Positions 12,115 through 25,049 are shown, counted from the first letter of the stretch. The stretch: DNA of 42,956 nt from Phoronis australis (GCA_002633005.1 NMRA01000491.1:210374-253329); one strand, 5' to 3'. Translations and numbers: made by a program. Notes: generated by a model from the letters alone, not told the origin.

Positions 12115-13113
12115 GTAAGTTGCGTACAAGGGGCAGTTCGCTCAGGCAAATGTGCTTTTCACACCCTTTCTACGAAGGGAAGTCTTTTGCCATTTGATTC
12201 CTTACGAAAGGATTCAGTAGGCTTTGAACTTAATGGTACATTTCGCTACAGAACTGCTCGAGTTTCGTAACCTACTTAGGTATTCGGATTGAGAAGATTT
12301 CATTTTTTAAAAAACGGTAGATGATTTATTGGTCCTGGGACACTCATAGCATAAGTCGAAGCGAGGGGCCCCTACTGAAATGCCCATGCACCGATTATCT
12401 TAAACAAAAAGTAAAATAGGATTAATTTTCACTTTTGAAAAGGAAAGCAGTTGAGGCGGGTTCTACATGATGATTACTTAACTGTGTCCACTGGGGAACG
12501 AATAGAATCAGACGATTTCAGGACTTAACACGCCGCTAATCAGTGTGGCCCCACACATGACACCTACAATTCTTTGAAAATTGCTTACTAATTGGGGACC
12601 CATACTCTTGGTCCTACACATGTTGTGTATGGTGGTGTCCAAACGCAAACTTTCGCACCACCAGCCAAGTGAGGTCGGTACTTCCATAGTACTGAGTAGA
12701 AACATGTTTACGTTTATTGTCACCAATTGCCTATAAAACTGTTATGAGCGCGGGGCCCCCAAAAGCGCGGGGCCCATAGCATATGCTGTTAAGTTGTTAA
12801 TCCAGCACTGAGCTAAACAAAATACAACCATCACATAAACTTTTCATTCCGGAATAAAAAATCATTAAAGGCTCTGTACTACTCAAATTTGGATGCGTGC
12901 AATAAACCATTATGCTTTTTCTGTAAAAATATCTTTTCATTAAAGCATTTAAAGAAGAATGTCACCCGAATTAATTAGTCTTTTTTACCGTCTTAATCGG
13001 TCTATATCCTCATCGCCTCTTATACGGTCGACCTCACCTTGCCGAGAGGTGTCGCGTTAACCTGCGAGGAAGGTGAGAAACGATGCAGCGACGTCAGTGG
13101 TTTGTATGCCGCT

Positions 13114-13350
13114 ATATTGCGGTGCATCGTTCCTGCTTGTCCGAACTATGAAGCTGCGAAGGAAGCGGGTATATCGTTTTTTCGACTTCCTCGAGAGCCC
13201 GAAATGCTTAGAAAGTGGCTCGCGGTATTGAAGAATGAAAGGTATGCTGTTAATAGCAAGTATGAGGCCGTGAAACATCTCCGTGTCTCAGTGTGGACGG
13301 CATTTCGTCGACAGTGATTTCTCTGACGAATTCCGGCTTACCAAAGAACT
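13114..13350 (+). pseudogene. THAP zinc-finger remnant (N-terminus of the Kolobok transposase)
   Basis: CIVPACPN...ISFFRLPREPEMLRKWLAVL...HLRV, then after a frameshift CGRHFVDSDF: the C2CH THAP signature with conserved P, W and F. Confidence 0.85.
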
Positions 13351-13371
13351 ATCCATATGTTCCGTTGCCTG

Positions 13372-13512
13372 TGCATGTCCACGGCGCCTCTCTAGTATTT
13401 CTTGATCATTGTATTCCGGTTCGAATTGATAGCCTGTGAAACCCACGATCCGACCAGTCACGGTGAAGTATTCGTCGGACTAAGTCGGGATTGGCGCCGG
13501 GCGAGTTGCTAT
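13372..13512 (-). pseudogene. KolX-like N-terminal remnant, convergent on the THAP remnant
   Basis: Minus frame reads IATRPAPIPT*SDEYFTVTGRIVGFTGYQFEPEYNDQEILERRR. From memory, YxFEPE is the N-terminal motif of the Kolobok second protein. Confidence 0.6.
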
Positions 13513-16016
13513 GTAGACGTTAAACTTTATTATTCTGCGTTCTGTTTCAAAATGAATTATTCTCATCCTAAAATGATCATAACCAATGCTTATATTATAA
13601 AACTGAACTAACGGTTTTTGAAGCCGGCAACAAAGGTAATTGACCAGGCACCGAGGCCGTGTGAGCGAAAGCTGTCTTGAAACAATTACTCGATTTTATG
13701 TGCTATGGTCACATGTTCGCCGTTCCGAGCCACTTCTGACCGGGATAACGACAGTCAGTCCGGCTGCGACGGGCCTGATCGGGCTCCGAGCCAGTGGCCG
13801 GGATAACAAGCGTTTTGTGTGTTTAGAACTCAAAAAGTCACAAGTATAAACAACACAGATCTAGGTTCTCCTGTCTGTATTTCAAGGAAGAATACTTCGA
13901 ATTTATCTCCGAACAGACCCCAAACTCCTGCTACGGACCTTGGTAAAATTGGCCTGCCGAACTTTTTAGGCTACGGTGTGTCCAAATTAATACCAGTAAA
14001 ACCGTAACACATAAACAGCGAAATATAAAACAACACTTTTTTATAAGAACTCGGGGTATTTTTAAGGGTTTTACATCGAAGTTTGATGGTTTTTGGCGTT
14101 AAACGATGAATTCAAGCGATAAGCTGACACCACAAACCCGTGTTGTGAACTGCTGAACAGACTGCGTGTGAAAGCAATTACGTCATTGGATAATTTCAAT
14201 ACCTCCGTCTGCCGTCAGGTAACGCAAACGAACCAGCCGTTATCGAGTAGAACTACTCGATCTAAATTGATACACAATACGTTGTTTTTTGGGTGGCATT
14301 CTCCTTAAAGGACCTGAAATCGACCTCATCGTGTAACTTACTAACATTAGAAATGACTTCTAAGCCTGCTAAAATTGCCATTTCATCATTTTCAACTCCC
14401 GAAGTAAAAACAAAATGGCCCTAACCAGTTTCTATTCAAACAAATTTAGGATTGAACGCGGTGACGTTACTTCTTTAGCAGGGCAAAATCTCCCGTGAAG
14501 GAGGTTGTTTCTAGCTTACAGGGGTTTACAAAACGTCACCAAGCCATCGCTCATATTTTTGGCTTTAACTTGCGTTTGCCGGCAAATTGTACAGGCACCG
14601 GTGCAAAGTGAAACATCTGGGCCAGAAGTTAAATCTTTCTACTCGAAATCGAAATTATTTTTAGCATTTTCTGTTCCCAAGTACATAAAGGCTTACGTTG
14701 GTAACTACCTTATGAGGAAAGACATGGACTCGTCCAGACTACGACGCTACAAAGTGAACGCACGGGTCGCCGTCGAAATATTTCAATATTAATGTTCCAC
14801 CATTTAAGCTGTGAGTAACAGTGTAGCTTCTCTTACTATGTGCTAGTTTGCACTCGTTGACCTCAGCATTAAAGCTAAAAATTCGAGTCTGAACTCGAAA
14901 TTTTGAGTTTTAATCTACTCGAGTTTGCAACTCGAATTTAGGGGTCATCAAGTGCAAACTTGGACTGGAAACTCGCTTGTATAAAACCTGGTATGCACAG
15001 TGCAGAATACCAGACACTTATCGTGAGTTCCCACAAAAATAGAATGAGAATTGCCAAGATAGTTTCGAGTTTAATCTAGAGTGCGAAAAATACACCCCCG
15101 CCCTTTATCTCTTTCTGCATATAAACACAGGATGTAAGAAACCTTAAAACTGAAGTGTGGCGGTGTCACGACATGTTTTCATTAAAAAACACTAGTTTGC
15201 AGCTATTTGATTCTCAAAACGTTTTTAGCACCAGTAATCGCCTACTACCTAGATTACATTTTCTGACGGGCGCCCGGGAATATAGAAATCTGTTAAAACA
15301 CTCTTTTTGTCGAAGCTGCCAAGTTCTTTACCACGGACTTATTGAAAGACTTCTAGGTTAATGATGACAACCTTAGGGCAAAGGCTGCCGGCTTTCAAAT
15401 TGCATACTATTAAGTGCGTATGCGGTAGCCCTAGGATTCAGAATGTTGTATCGTAGTAGAGTAGATGAGGACGAAGCCCTCGGACTGCTTCGCAAGATCT
15501 GTCGATCTCGCCTTCTGTAATTGTTGTGATTAGAATGTTGTATCACAGAGATACAACTACGGTAAAATCTCACAAATTTCGGCCAAAATTATTTGTCTTC
15601 TTTTGCTGTGTTTTACTTTTCGAACGCTTTTGTAACTTTGTTTTTGAACATTTATACTTTTTAAAACAATGTCTGATGGTAAGAGAGATTGAAAACCATG
15701 GGTAAAAACATTACTTTGGTTCTTCTTATCGTTAATGAAAAAATAATGAAATAAAAAATTTGGCTGTCATATTGTGTCCTAAATTGGTAAGATTTTATTA
15801 TAAATTTCTACGTACAACAAAACAGTGAAAAAAAACTGCTCTTTGAGTGACTTAGGAGACTTTTTGCACCTTCCATTCTGCTACACCGAGAATGAAACAC
15901 TTCGAACATAGTTTTGCAACTTGCCATTCTCAATTTCCATTAAAGAATAATATTGCAGATAAATCAAAATAAATACATACATAATAATCTTAAGCAAAGC
16001 ATGACAGACTTAAAAC

Positions 16017-17045
16017 TTATATTTTGTTTAAAACTTGTAAGCTTTGGACGCGACTTGACGATGGAGTGCCGTATTTAGCTGCCTGTTTATGACATCCAAA
16101 TGTAGAACATAGAGCTCGTCTGAACCGCAGGTTGGCCAATCCATATAGGCATGGGTTCACGGCGGCTGTACCTATAGCTAGTAGACTTCCAATCGTGTAA
16201 GCCCAATCTGGCACTATGACATCCGTCACCATGCCTACAGTAAATCCTCTAAAGTCAATGATTAGCATAAGCGCAACTGGGGCCCACGAAAACGCGAAGT
16301 ACAAAACTAAAACAAACAATATCGAGAGTCCTCGCTTTTCTTTGATTAACAAATTTTCTCGCTCTTGTTCATCAAAACTGAGTTCCATCGTGACTATTCT
16401 TTTCAAGTGCTCGGAGGCTGCCCTGAATATCCTCCAATAGAGAAATGCCAAAATTACCACCATAGGCATTACGTGGCCGTAAAATATTAGCGCAATGAAA
16501 CCTCCCGGATACACGAGATTATTAGCGCACTTGTACTCATTCCAAACATATCCTGCTTCCGCCCTGAATTTGATGTTGTTCCATCCACAAAGAGGTAGAG
16601 ACGTCAACAGAAGCGCGTACACCCAGATCATTCCGATAACAATCCTTGCTCGTCGCCCGGTGACTATGTCTGCGTGCCTCAGCGGATACACAAACTGTAT
16701 ATATCGTTCCACGGCGATTGCAATAAGCAACATAGCAGAAACCATAAGCGGAAGTTTCGTCAGCACGATCCCCACGAGACAGACGTATTCCGTGCCGCCG
16801 AACGTGCCATGGACGGTAAGCACACGAACAGGCACCAATACAGCTCCAAATAACAAGTCACTGCAGGCTAAAGCCACGATGAAGTAATGGGTCTTTGTGC
16901 GCAAATTTTTATGAGATCTAAACAGGTAAATCAGAGTAACGTTCCCAAAAATGGCGGCAATCGCAATTATTGTGCATCCGGCGTCGAATACAATGTCTTC
17001 CGGAGCACCATGCCGCCCAGTCTCGTTTGCAACACCCGCATCCAT
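16017..17045 (-). CDS. Class A (rhodopsin-like) GPCR, adenosine-receptor-like/MECA-type orphan, 342 aa, uninterrupted CDS
   Basis: Seven hydrophobic segments with GN (TM1), LACSD (TM2), C3.25, ERY, W4.50, LPLCGWN, an ECL2 Cys, SWAP (TM6), NPCLY (TM7), helix 8 FRRAL and an NET glycosylation site. Acceptor TTTATTTACAG lies 14 nt before the ATG. Confidence 0.96.
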   Translation of the reverse strand: MDAGVANETGRHGAPEDIVFDAGCTIIAIAAIFGNVTLIYLFRSHKNLRTKTHYFIVALACSDLLFGAVLVPVRVLTVHGTFGGTEYVCLVGIVLTKLPLMVSAMLLIAIAVERYIQFVYPLRHADIVTGRRARIVIGMIWVYALLLTSLPLCGWNNIKFRAEAGYVWNEYKCANNLVYPGGFIALIFYGHVMPMVVILAFLYWRIFRAASEHLKRIVTMELSFDEQERENLLIKEKRGLSILFVLVLYFAFSWAPVALMLIIDFRGFTVGMVTDVIVPDWAYTIGSLLAIGTAAVNPCLYGLANLRFRRALCSTFGCHKQAAKYGTPSSSRVQSLQVLNKI

Positions 17046-20000
17046 CTCCGGTCGTGCACCTGTAAATAAAAGTCAATTAATCAGACGAATTTCTCAATCG
17101 AAATCATGATCTAGATTTTTGTCAGGTGTCGCCTTTATGTACGTTACCAACTTAGACGATAAAAATATTTAGCGGGCAAAATACTCGACCGAGAAGACAC
17201 TTGAGAAGCACCCACCAATTTAGCAACACTGCGTTTCTGTGAGAGAAACCTCCGAGAAAATTCGGCGTCAGCCAATCATGGGTAAGCAGAGTTCACAGGG
17301 TTGGAAACTGCATAACTTCCTAATTTCCGGGGCAAAACGTTCATCACTTTGTAAGACCCCAGGAAAGTGTGTTTTATTACGCGAACTTGAATTTTTATTT
17401 CATTCGGGGATGAAAAAAATCCAGTAAGTTGTCTATCGTCTTGCATTTAGACTTTTGATGGCTTTCCCGTGTCTCATATTCTCGTAAACATCTCGAAGCG
17501 TTAAGTATGCAAACAATACTTCTGCCAATTTAGAAATCCTTTGCAGTTTACGAGAAGTGACATTTGCTAACACGAGCCAGTGATCGATAATGCCATCAAC
17601 ATTCTACGATTCTAGGATACCAACACCAAGCATCAATTGAAATGCGATTTCACCACATTGAACAAACGAGGTCATCATAGTTCACTGGCGGATTTAGGAT
17701 GTCGTAAGGGGTTCAACCACGACTTGGAGAAAAATGTTCGTGTAGACCTAAAATCGGCTTGTCGACGGCAAATCAAGTACTGGGATTTAGCCAGCAGAGC
17801 GCTTGGTTGCGACGCAAGAATGTCAAGTCTATTCTGCGCGCTGAGTCAGATCTTAGAAAAAAGATTGCTCCCACAGATAACTATAAGTTGCAAAGCTGGC
17901 TTGACCATTTTCATTTGCAACATGAGTAGAAGTTTCAAAAATACTGAGGACTTTCGCATAATTTGAGAGAATAGGTGATGTAACGGCGGACGTCGACTGC
18001 CTTTCTCGAGCACTGATGGCCTTTGTATTGTGTAACACCAACCACCCTAGCGGAAAACATTATAGAATTACATCTGAGCGCATTCTTATCATTGCAGGAA
18101 GCCTCAATCAAGGCTAATTACGTTTATTATCCGCTAATTTCTGCTGAATCGATAACATTGGAAGGCAAAAAAGCACGAACGATATCAAGACTTTGCTGAG
18201 CAAACAACATTAGTACATTGTGCAATCGGCAATTAAAAGATGTTTTACGTCACACCTGTTTATCATTAGAAAACTTAGCGACGACTGTAGGGAGAGTCAG
18301 CAAAACTAAAAGTATTCTTATTTCTATTCTTTTGCTAACTAGGGTCGTCAACTGAGTTTCCTCAACCGCAACATGATGTTTGAAGGCATTCCGTTATTGG
18401 GCGATTCTACAATGAGCAATTTTTGACAAGATGTACCATCATGCAACGGTTTTGTTCGTTAGAATTCCTGGTTGCCACCCGAAAGTTAAAAAGTCTTAAA
18501 ACAATACAATTTAAGAGACGTTTCGTCAAATCTGGCTTGTCTTACTATTAAATTTTGTAAGGTTTAAATCAGAAATGATGTGGGTACCGTCCCACCTGAT
18601 TCCATGAACAAAGCATATTTACATACTGAGTTCCCACGCACTGATGAAGCAGACGATTCAAGTTCAGTAAAATAGTGGTGAATTTTTACTTGAAGCAAAA
18701 GGTATCACGGAAAAAGTCGCCGTGAAACGGCTTAAGCTACATACGTTCTAGTGCACCCAGTACAAATGAACAACTCATGAAGGTGTCAAACGGTCGTAAT
18801 GACGGAAACGCACGAATCGCGGTGAATCATTTGCAACAGCGCCACCAGTCCAAATTTACTATAGTCACTTTGACAGCTCGCAATGATGCTTTACTACAGA
18901 ACAGAGGGCAAAATAGGAGACGCTATATTCACAACGAAGTACGCGTATCACACAAGTCAAATAAATGAACACAGGAAGAGATTATCTACTAACGACATAG
19001 TCCTGTCACAATCTTCCAACAAATGTTTGAAACACGAGACGAAAAGACATTACCTATTAGGAACGCACCGTCCAGAAAACAATACTTTAGAGGCGTAAAC
19101 CTTTCATCACTTGAGACGCCATCTTAGGGCCTCGACATCACCAATCCTGCATGTGTTCGATCACTGACGCCTGTAACACACAAGCTAGTGTTTATGTAAT
19201 GTGTTCATAATCTCAGCTAAACAAGCAATACACTGGTCCCGACTATGAATGCCTGAGAACATAATGAGAAACTGGTTAGGCATTGTCAATAATGGTGCCC
19301 TACATATAAAAATTATTGAGCCGCTTGTAATAGCTGTTTGTGGTTGGAATGATTTAGCTGCCCTGACATGACCTTGGTTGCAAATTAACAAATACTTCCG
19401 TGTTCTGTTCTGGTTAATGGGCTCAGCCTGCTCCAAGAATTGTAAGTACCAACTGAAGGGTGACTCTTGGGGGGGGGGGTGAATCTGTTGGCTGAACCCT
19501 TTGAAATGTACTAAGCGAGCACCGTTTTCGGAAATAACTTTCNGGGGTTGGGAGGAACTGCCAATGTCCTCTATGCTGAAGTTCCCATTACCCGAAAAAA
19601 GCGGAGGTGTGCGTTTAAGAAGGGTGTTAATTCTACTGGAAAAACGCCAAACAGTATGGCCTTGAGATGATTGTAAGGCTAGACCAATGCAGTATAAGCT
19701 CATACCGGGACTTTACTCGGATATGGGGCGTTTTTTCAAACTTTCTGCAGTCTCAGATGTTTACACTGTTGCAAATAGTGACTTGAACTAACGGGCAAAT
19801 GCGCACCTGTGGCTCTGAAAACAAACGGACTGAAATTCGTAGAGGCAAGCAGAAGTATACGATGACAAAAAGTACAGACTGGTAAAACAATTTTCCTGAA
19901 AGCATTTCTAGATCAAGAGTTGTTTTTTTGACACGTGATCCTGACTATCTGAAACCTTATCAGTTTTCATAGTTTCATCACGCACACACGAGTCGATTTC

Positions 20001-20702
20001 CGTAAGCCAACAAAAACATCAATGCTGACGCACTGAGCTGACCACAGCGTTACAAAAAAGTTTGAACCCATGCAGTAACATAGTAACGTTATAGAAGCCG
20101 GCCGTGCTTTACAAACTCTGTTTCATAGATGCCGAATATTTTCGCCTTACACGTCCAGACAATGGTCATTAATTTTTGGAAAACCTATGAACTAAGAAAA
20201 TTATGATTCTGGCTCTAAAATTAGCAGAATTTGTTATATTTTACATACCACAGTAACAAACTATCAATAAATCATTCTTGTGGAACTATTTTAAATCACG
20301 TCTTTAACAAGTTCTAAAGACTCTATAGACTGTTGATGAGGAGTGGAGCTCACTGTAAAAAGTACACTACTGCACTTTGCTTAGATTTCAAAATGGAGAC
20401 TGGATCAACAGCCCTTCTTCAAAGGAGTCTTGGGTCAAAACTCAACAGCCCTCAAAGTCCGCTTTATATACTCATATACGTAATATTCTGTGACAATAAC
20501 GGAGACCTATCAATGTTTGGAGCCAAGTTGCTTTTCAATTCCATTTTCTTAACCTTGACCCATACTTGGACATGCACTAATAAAGCACATTGTGACTGTC
20601 ACTCAACCTGACGGCCAGACACTTGTGACGTTCGTTAATAAATGGTGAACTAAAATTACATATTTATCCAACCCTCAGTCCCTCACAATGCATTTTGATG
20701 TG

Positions 20703-20791
20703 TACCTGTACAGTCTCTTCTCTACCTGTACAGTCTCTTCTCTACCTGTACAGTCTCTTCTCTACCTGTACAGTCTCTTCCGTCTACCTGT
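20703..20791. repeat. 20-bp minisatellite, about 4.4 copies (TACCTGTACAGTCTCTTCTC)
   Basis: Near-perfect tandem copies visible directly. Confidence 0.97.
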
Positions 20792-21894
20792 GTCGCTTGT
20801 TTTGTGTTCGTAACTGCTTCCTTGAGAATAGTTTAATGAAATAAACCCAGCGAAACGTTGGATTGGGTAGATATGTCGTTATTTACTTACGCGCTAATTT
20901 TAAAGTTCGTGCTTCTGTTCTGGCCTAGATCAAATGTGACTAAAATTACAATTATTGTAATTCTTGGCAGTATAACCATACTCAAAACAACATTGTGGTT
21001 CCCACGCATATTTACACTTCACAAACGTCATTATTGCCTTAGTCTTATGTCAAAAGTAAACTTGCAATCATTCGCCTAGACAAATCCAGTATCTCAAACG
21101 TTTACGCTGTGACACAAAACTTACTGAGCCTGGACTGACCAAGCACTAATGGAATGTCTATTCTATGCCCAGAAATCGCTGAAAGGAATAAGACGGGTAC
21201 ATTCCATAATAGTTAATGGACTAAATCAAACATTGGTTTATGATGGAAAGCATAATGAAGCATTATGTAAAGCCTGCCAATTGGGCTTCAAATGAATTAT
21301 ACCTTGCTATCATGAGACTTGCTTCAGAATGACACGAATGGAGAGAATATGACTAACATGCTTCCATTAACCTAGTGTTCAGTTCATATTTACTCAGGTG
21401 ATAAATGATTTATAGGTTTGCGAAGAGCTGACTGTTGGCTACAGTTCTTTATAGCGCTACCCGGAGACACTACACACTACATTGAAAGACTCGCAGCGAC
21501 AACTTCCAACTAGTTTCAACTAAGAACTAGTACTGGTTTCTAGGTCATTTCTATCGAAGTCCTGAATTCACCTCTCATATATTTAAGAACAAATTGAGAC
21601 GATTCTCATAAGTAACGGTAGGTAGTCTAGTAATATCAAAAGTGAGTTGGGTTTGATGGAAGGTACGCGTTTAGAGCCGATTTGACGAAAGTCACTTAAG
21701 AAATTCAAAAATATCGGAAAGGTACCATATCCTGGATTGACCTTCACAATGAATGGTTCGTCTTCATTGACCTCACATGGCAAAACAAGACTATAATCGT
21801 CGACTCTCAAACCGCTATATAGGCCTACTTAAGATATATATACAGAGGCGCCGCAAAAGTCTCTAAATGTAGGCCAAGTATTTACAAGTCTTAC

Positions 21895-22122
21895 CAGTGG
21901 TTGGTTGTAAAATCCTGTTTCGTTGTTATCTATTTTTCGCCTGACCTTCTTCTCCAATAAAATCATATACGTATAAACAGTAATCCGTAGTTATGTTGTC
22001 ATAAGTTTATCGCTTGACAATAGGTCTAGACTGACAGCGCCGCTTTCTACGGAGTAAGCAGTTGCATGTACTGAACCCGACCAACAAAGGTCATAAGGAA
22101 GTAAGCTGACCTCATGACGTCA
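21895..22122 (-). promoter_or_regulatory. Candidate promoter and non-coding first exon of the GPCR
   Basis: CRE TGACGTCA at 22115-22122, AGGTCA and TGACCT half-sites at 22088 and 22107, ETS core GGAAGT, Inr-like TCAGT on minus near 22072 and 22032, and donor CTG|GTAAGA at 21894. Confidence 0.35.
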
Positions 22123-22899
22123 CAACCGACGTTCACTCCTTGTTCCACCATGTGGTTTTCCATGAATCGAGGCAAATATTTGGGTTCGGAGGGAAAATGT
22201 TACATAATACACACCCAAGACGCATTACGAGCAGTCAACTGTGCAACCGAGTTCAGTGTATCAAGATTCAATATTCAAGAAGCTTTATTTAACGTCGTTT
22301 GGAGAACAGATCAACATTAGCCAGTTGGGCTATTACTACGACATTAAATTTAACAGAAAACATGAAGAAAATGGAACTTAAGCTAGAGGTGGAGAGTAAC
22401 ACAGAGATATAATTGTAAATAAAAGACAAGTTGTCGTAATCGCTAAACTATATACTAGCTACGGTCAAATGAGCATAGACAATACTAGTGAGTACACGTG
22501 TAAATGCTATAATCTAGATAAATCATAAGAGAAACGAGTGTATACACTAATTGCAGCATAACCTGGAGTGTTTACAAAGAGAACAGCTGCATTTAGGGCC
22601 AGTCCAGGTCCGAATCAGTCCACGGAAAATGGTGAAAGACCCTGTTGTGCGCAGCAGATTCGGTAGACTTTTCCAGACCCGAGCAGCCTCGTAGTCGAAG
22701 CGAAAAGATTGTTTTCCATATCTAACAGATTTAACTTGAGGAAAAGCTAGAAGGTTGCTGTAGCGAAAGGAGTAATTGTTTTCTTGCTTCTTTACAAATG
22801 AAGAAAGTGTCTTGGGTGATGATTTTATTTGAAAGCGATGGTTTTAGTGTCTATGACCCCGCGGTTAGCAACTCACTGGGAATCCAGGTTTTGGCGGAA

Positions 22900-23232
22900 C
22901 CGGGAAAGGGGTACTCGACTATGTTTAGAGGTGGGCGCAGCTAAATAGATAGGCACCCGCTCATTTATAGAATTGACTCTAAATGACCCATTTGCAGGAA
23001 GTTTCTGTGAAAATGTCACGTTTTGCTCCAGAAACAATACTTTTTGCAATTTTTGTAAATAAATGTACAGTAACCCTTTCGAAGGAATTATTGGACAGTT
23101 GATTTTTCGGTAGATTTGTGGACGTGTAGTGTTTCAACCGCTCGGGGTGACGCTTCTCGGAAAAGGTAGCCATTCCGTAGAAGATATTCTGAACGGCACA
23201 AGCCGCTATTATGGAAGTACCCCCCGCTAGGG
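22900..23232. mobile_element. MITE with degenerate CCGGG..GGGGTACT / AGTACCCCCC..GGG ends
   Basis: Imperfect terminal inverted repeats around a non-coding interior. Confidence 0.5.
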
Positions 23233-24488
23233 TTTACAATGAAAATCGAAACCGTCGGTTTGCCATGTTTAAAGGTAGTTCGACCAGGACATCATTTTTT
23301 ACAACTTTCACACTATGATTGTCAGTTATGAATAAAAAGTTCGATTATCCCAAACGCCTGATTGCTCACAGGAAATCATTGACGTGTCGAGTCTTCTCAT
23401 GCACGTGGGAAATCCAGTACAAAACAGCATCATGAACGCACCTTTCGTGTTCTCTGGATTTTGGGCAGCAAAATGTGTTTAAATCTGTGTTTTTGAGTGG
23501 GGAAGTCAGCTACATCTGTCGCAGCCATCATGAGCACAAATGCATGACTGTAGGCATCTGGGAGCTGGAGCATCCCACAGGGGTTAGGGGCTCCCCAAGA
23601 AATTTTGGGCGCCGTTAACGAAGGTTTCGGTTTTAAAATTAAAATTCTTTCAAAAATCTTCGTGAACGCCTGTTAGACACTCTCAGTGTACTCACAGAGA
23701 TTGATCATCGCAGCAATTCCTGCACAAAAATTACAAGCCACACGAATGTGAAACGGCGGTAAGTGAGAGCGGCATATTTTCATTTACCAAAAACAACGTT
23801 TCAACAACATTTCATTCTTCAATAAACCATCATCAAAACAAATACCCTTCCTGGGATGGGGCGAAAATATCCAGACGATGACCTAAGTAATCATAACGAC
23901 ACTTTGTAGTCTAAGTGTATTTCACAAATAGTTCACTTTCATCCTAACTCCAATTCCTGTAATTGCTATGGTTTTAAACCCAGTCTCGCATTTTTTCTTT
24001 GGGCCGCAGGACTTGATACCGCGGTACCTTGGAATTTTATGGGATAGAATTCGAAAAACATACTTCCCCTTGTTTACACAAAGTCATCTCTTCGTCTACA
24101 TTTACTTCTATACATTTCGCTATCGTTGTGGTTTCTACATGGTGTCTTTCCCTTGTTCTATTTTACCATTTTATGATGTGGCGAAATTTGGAGGGCAGCT
24201 GCCCTCCTGAACCCCGGCCGCAAACGCCTATCGTAATAAGCGGTTTAAAAATTAACCAAATTTAGTAACGCTGGACCTTGAAAATCTGAAAAAAAATTAA
24301 AACAACAATTCGTGAAAAAAATTAATTCTTTGCACTTGTCGACGGAATCTTTGACTTCCGCGTGCAAGTTGCACTGAATTCTTTCACCAGGTGACGGAGC
24401 CGGCTCGACCGGGCGAGTCAAGAACTGGGTAGAGTTGCGTAGCGGTCTCGTGGACAGAAAAATCTTTCTCAAATCACGTACTTTCTGA

Positions 24489-24822
24489 CAGTGGCCCATC
24501 TAGGATACCATAAGGGGGGAGGGCAACATGTTGTCGCGGGGAATTGGGCAAAGCGCGATTGTATGTGCACAGGCGGTCCGAAAGTTGCGGGGGCCGGGAA
24601 TGTGAACCTTCTGTTTGGCCGATCTACTATCGGTGGACTAAAGAAAATAAAAAAAAAAAAAAACGGGAAGACGATTCCGCCGCGATCTGAGCCCCCCATT
24701 CCGCAACCGGTCCTAGTAACTGAACTCAATAATTCTTCAGGCTTCACGCTCTTGCACTTTCGGCATTTTGCTTGCGGCAGCCAAGGCGGGGGGCGGGCGG
24801 GCCCCCTCTAAATCCGCCTATG
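24489..24822 (+). mobile_element. hAT-like MITE, apparently nested in a Harbinger-like MITE
   Basis: Ends CAGTGGCCCATCTAG and CTAAATCCGCCTATG. It is followed immediately by the right half of the 25050-type MITE (24823-24915). Confidence 0.75.
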
Positions 24823-25049
24823 TTTCATTGAAAATACACGGCAATACCTCGCATAATCTCGCGAAGTCTTGCTTTTCCAGCAAGGTCCTAGCGACTAGGT
24901 CCACGTTATTGAACTCTACCCTGACTGAAAGGCAAATACTGAACGTCGTGGAATGCGAGTCCGATAGAAATTGGTTCGGCAGCAAAGAACTGTTTTAAAT
25001 GGAGATGGACAAATCTACGCGCAAGGGAAACAACAAAAACGAAGTCCTG

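Larger units (their letters stand above)
12953..14305 (+). mobile_element. Internally deleted Kolobok transposon, copy 1
   Basis: TTAA|AGAAGAATGTCACCC ... GGGTGGCATTCTCCT|TAAA (13/15 TIR). THAP remnant on plus and KolX-like remnant on minus. Homologous to 32802-34264 over nearly its whole length. Confidence 0.85.

Noticed and set aside
16017-17045. Naming the GPCR as an adenosine receptor, amine receptor or opsin
   Set aside because: The diagnostic residues N6.55/H7.43, D3.32 and K7.43 are all absent, so no gene symbol is given.
16216-17069. Plus-strand ORFs overlapping the GPCR
   Set aside because: Antisense shadows of the GPCR coding sequence.
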